DNA of 64,000 nucleotides from a bacterium (GTDB lineage Bacteria; RUG730): NCBI GenBank assembly GCA_031551405.1, contig JAVBNQ010000003.1, positions 1 to 64,000 of the forward strand, read 5' to 3'. Shown piece by piece: positions 60,610 to 64,000 of this stretch (position 1 is its first letter; each line of letters starts with the position of its first letter). The notes under the pieces were generated by a model. It saw only the letters and a program-made list of their open reading frames with translations, ran no database searches and was not told where the DNA came from. The position numbers and the translations under genes were made by a program.

Positions 60610-61968
60610 ATGCATAGACAACGAAGGATTACAGTTCTTGGATTGGGGAAAAGCGCGAAGTCTGCGATAAAATTTCTGCGCGAATCAGACAAAGATTCAT
60701 ACATTTTTGTTAGCGATATAGCCGAAGAATCAAAATTATACTTGCAGGATTTGCTTGAGCAAAACTTGATTTCTGCTTATGAGACTGGACTTCATAGCGA
60801 TAAAATTTTGGACGCAGACTTGATCATCGCAAGTCCAGGAATAAATACAAATCTTGAAATTTTCGAGAAAGCAAAGCAAAAAAATATTGAAATTATATCG
60901 GAGCTCGAGCTAGGATTTCAGGCTTTAAAAACGAAAAATATAATAGCAATCACTGGTACTAACGGTAAAACTACGACTGTAAATATTATTTATCAAATTC
61001 TAACAAAATTTGGGAAAGATGTTTTTTTGTGCGGAAACGTTGGGACGCCGATAACTGAAATCGCACATCAAACAACTGAAAATTCTTTTGTCGTCATAGA
61101 AGCTAGCAGTTATCAGCTCGAACTAATCGAAAAATTTCATCCTAAATTCGCGTCAGTTTTAAACATTACGCCTGATCATTTATACAGATACAAAAATCTG
61201 ATGCATTATGCTGAAACAAAATACAAAATTTTTGAAAATCAAGACGAAAAAGATGTTGCAATTTTGAACCTTGACGACGAATATACGAAATTTTTTACAT
61301 CAAAAATAAAAGCAATTCACAAAACTTTTTCACTCGCTAAAAAAACTGCTGACGTATATTTTTCCGATGGGAAAATAATTTTAAAAAATAAAAGTTTTGA
61401 GTTTGATACGGAAAGATTAAAAATTTTTGGATTACACAATATCCAAAATATCATGGCTGCAATTTTATGTCTTGAGGAAATTGTGAGTGAAGATTTTGAT
61501 AAACTTGCAGATTTTTTGGAGAATTTCGAAGGCTTGGAGCATCGTCTTGAGCTTGTAGCAAATATAAACGGTACGAAATTTATTAACGATTCGAAAGCAA
61601 CAAATATAGATTCTACGGAAGTCGCTCTCAAAAGTTTTAATGAAAACGTGATCTTACTCCTCGGAGGAATTCACAAGGGTTATTCTTTTGAAAACCTTGG
61701 AAAATTACTCGAAAATCGAGTAAAAAAAATTGTGGTTTTTGGTGAGGCGAGAGACAGAATTGCAGATGAATTAAAAAAATTTAGCGACACAATTACCGTT
61801 AAAACTAAACTCAAAGATGCGACGTTATTCGCTGCAGAAATTGCGAAAAATGGCGATGTGGTTTTACTTTCTCCCGGTTGTTCGAGTTTTGACGAATTTC
61901 GAAATTTTGAGCATAGAGGCGAATATTTCAAAAGTATTGTCGTGGAATATTCGAAAAGTTTGAATTGA
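60610..61968 (+). CDS. murD: UDP-N-acetylmuramoyl-L-alanine--D-glutamate ligase
   Basis: GLGKS, SPGI, ITGTNGKTT, SSYQL, LNITPDHL, HRLE, NDSKATN, LSPGCSSFD. Confidence 0.96.
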   Translation: MHRQRRITVLGLGKSAKSAIKFLRESDKDSYIFVSDIAEESKLYLQDLLEQNLISAYETGLHSDKILDADLIIASPGINTNLEIFEKAKQKNIEIISELELGFQALKTKNIIAITGTNGKTTTVNIIYQILTKFGKDVFLCGNVGTPITEIAHQTTENSFVVIEASSYQLELIEKFHPKFASVLNITPDHLYRYKNLMHYAETKYKIFENQDEKDVAILNLDDEYTKFFTSKIKAIHKTFSLAKKTADVYFSDGKIILKNKSFEFDTERLKIFGLHNIQNIMAAILCLEEIVSEDFDKLADFLENFEGLEHRLELVANINGTKFINDSKATNIDSTEVALKSFNENVILLLGGIHKGYSFENLGKLLENRVKKIVVFGEARDRIADELKKFSDTITVKTKLKDATLFAAEIAKNGDVVLLSPGCSSFDEFRNFEHRGEYFKSIVVEYSKSLN

Positions 61969-63092
61969 AAAAATGGATTAATCATTTATTAAACGAAGAC
62001 TTGTATCTTGGAAAAATTTTGATTTTTTCTGTATCTTTACTTGTTTTGTTTAGTATTTTGATGATTTTTAGCGCGAGTTCTATTTTTGCGAACGAAAAAT
62101 TTGCGGATCCTTTTTTTTTCTTAAAAAAACACATAGTTTGGACATGTCTCGGATTTATCTCGCTTTTTGTTGGATGTTTGATTCCTGTAAAAAAACTTCA
62201 AACTTTTAGTTTAATTTTTGTTTTTTTGAACCTTGCTTTGTTGATTTTGGTTCTTTTCCCATCGATAGGGCAATCGGTCGGTGGCGCTAGACGGTGGATA
62301 AGATTTTTTGGATTTGGGATTCAACCGTCTGAGATCGCAAAACTTGTTTTTATAATTTACACGGCGAGCTGGCTCGATAGAAAACATCAGCTTATGAATC
62401 AGAATTTTTTGACGCTTCTACCGAATTTATTTTTACTTTTAACAACGTTCTTTTTGATTTACAAAGAACCTGACTTGGGAACTGTAGTCTTGATTACAAT
62501 GGTTTTGATGAGCATGTATGTTATAGCCGGCATAAGTAAAAAATATTTAATTTCACTTTTTTTAGCGTTTATTCCATTTTTAGTTTACAGTTTAATTTGG
62601 ACGCCATACAGACTCAAACGTTTAATCGCATTCCTGAATCCGTGGGATTATTTTTCTAGCTCAGGATATCAAGTTGTACAGTCGTATTTGGCGATCGCAA
62701 ACTCAGGCATTTTTGGTCGCGGTATCGGCGGAAGCCAATTAAAACTTTTGTATTTGCCTGAAGCGCATACTGACTTTATTTTTTCGATTATTATCGAGGA
62801 ACTTGGCGTTTTTTCAGTAATCGGAATCATTGGATTTTTTATAATTTTTACGATTATTGGAATTAGAATTAGCCTAAAAACGACGGATTATTTTACGAAA
62901 ATGTTGGCTTTTGGAATTACTCTTTCGATTGCCTATCAAGCTATGGTAAATATTGCGGTTATCACAGGTAGTATCCCGACGAAAGGCATTACCTTGCCAT
63001 TTCTATCATTTGGAGGATCGTCGCTTTTGATCAGTATGTTTGAAACCGGAATTTTGCTGAATATTTTTAACACTTTGCGTAAAAATAATTAA
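61965..63092 (+). CDS. ftsW: Peptidoglycan polymerase FtsW
   Basis: GARRW, QPSEIAK, EPDLGT, GYQ..QS, LPEAHTDFIF, KGITLPFLSFGGSS; follows murD. Confidence 0.94.
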   Translation: MKKWINHLLNEDLYLGKILIFSVSLLVLFSILMIFSASSIFANEKFADPFFFLKKHIVWTCLGFISLFVGCLIPVKKLQTFSLIFVFLNLALLILVLFPSIGQSVGGARRWIRFFGFGIQPSEIAKLVFIIYTASWLDRKHQLMNQNFLTLLPNLFLLLTTFFLIYKEPDLGTVVLITMVLMSMYVIAGISKKYLISLFLAFIPFLVYSLIWTPYRLKRLIAFLNPWDYFSSSGYQVVQSYLAIANSGIFGRGIGGSQLKLLYLPEAHTDFIFSIIIEELGVFSVIGIIGFFIIFTIIGIRISLKTTDYFTKMLAFGITLSIAYQAMVNIAVITGSIPTKGITLPFLSFGGSSLLISMFETGILLNIFNTLRKNN

Positions 63093-63113
63093 AACAAAAT
63101 ATTTGGAGGAAAA

Positions 63114-64000
63114 ATGTCAAAACAAAAGACTATTTCGAAGGAAGCTTCTTATTCGGGAGTAGGTCTGCACACTGGAAATAAAACAACGCTAACTTTCAAA
63201 CCTGCTCAAGAAAATTCCGGCATAAAATTTGTGAGAATCGATATGCCCAACCAACCGGAAATTCCGGCTCGTATAGAAAATGTCGTTGGTGTGACGCGAG
63301 GAACTACAATTGCAGCAAATGATGCATCAGTTCATACAGTCGAGCATATTTTAGCGTCTTTGAGCGCTCTCGAAATAGATAATGTAATTATTGAAATTGA
63401 CGGCAACGAACCTCCTGTTGCAGACGGAAGCGCATTTCCATTCGTTCAAATTTTGAAAGAGGCTGGGATTGTCGAGCAAGCTCAGGACAAAGAATTTATA
63501 AAAATCGATAAAACTATAGCATACAAAAAAGGTGATGTTGAACTCATAGTAGTTCCATCAGAAGAATTCAAGATTTCGCTTACGATTAGCTACAATCATC
63601 CGATTTTGAATACGCAATATATGTCATTTTCGATCGAGGATGGGGATTTTATGAATGAAATCGCACCGGCCAGAACTTTTTGTTTTGATTATGAAATCGA
63701 GTGTATGCAAAAAGAAGGTCTTGCTAAAGGCGGAAGTTTGGATAACGCGATTGTGATCGGCGAGAACAAAATTCACAACAAAGAATTGCGTTTTAAAGAT
63801 GAGTTTGTGAGACATAAAATTTTGGATCTTATCGGAGACTTGGCTTTCCTCGGAAAACGATTAAAAGGACACGTAATTGCATTTAAAAGCGGGCATTCCG
63901 TTAATATCGAGTTTGCACGGGAAATTTTTAAGAGTTTGAATACACCAAAAAATATCGAGGCTAAAATAGAAGCAGAAGACTACAAGCAAGTTTGTGAAGG
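63114..64000 (+). CDS. lpxC: UDP-3-O-acyl-GlcNAc deacetylase (3' truncated; not in ORF track)
   Basis: Manual translation MSKQKTI...GVGLHTG...TVEHIL...EPPVADGSA...ARTFCF...GGSLDNA...RHKILDLIGDL...KSGH; no stop before window end; GGAGG RBS. Confidence 0.95.
   Translation, partial: MSKQKTISKEASYSGVGLHTGNKTTLTFKPAQENSGIKFVRIDMPNQPEIPARIENVVGVTRGTTIAANDASVHTVEHILASLSALEIDNVIIEIDGNEPPVADGSAFPFVQILKEAGIVEQAQDKEFIKIDKTIAYKKGDVELIVVPSEEFKISLTISYNHPILNTQYMSFSIEDGDFMNEIAPARTFCFDYEIECMQKEGLAKGGSLDNAIVIGENKIHNKELRFKDEFVRHKILDLIGDLAFLGKRLKGHVIAFKSGHSVNIEFAREIFKSLNTPKNIEAKIEAEDYKQVCE

Overview
AT-rich bacterial chromosomal segment from a diderm (lpxC, O-antigen ligase, lgt/lspA). The giant-protein style is reminiscent of Elusimicrobiota/Omnitrophota-like lineages, but that placement is inference only. 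Most of the window is housekeeping genes: tuf 3' end, rpmG, three tRNAs, RNase P RNA, ispDF, priA, tgt-yajC-secDF, efp, ftsH-folE, pheT, ligA, nusB, rplM-rpsI, murD-ftsW, lpxC. Many of their usual operon partners are missing nearby. The standout is a pair of paralogous giant exported proteins, 4164..12764 (-, 2866 aa) and 18060..23902 (+, split by a single frame break). Both have a signal peptide, a shared ~480-aa N-terminal domain with EreA/ChaN/TraB(TIKI)-like motifs, and a shared C-terminal HExxE...H region ending in -AA. Their central cargo is completely different. One carries duplicated HExxE modules, 15-17-aa helical repeats and membrane hairpins. The other carries a 13-unit array of 34-aa repeats in register with the TAL-effector repeat, followed by a Pro-rich linker. 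No CRISPR array, integrase or transposase was seen.
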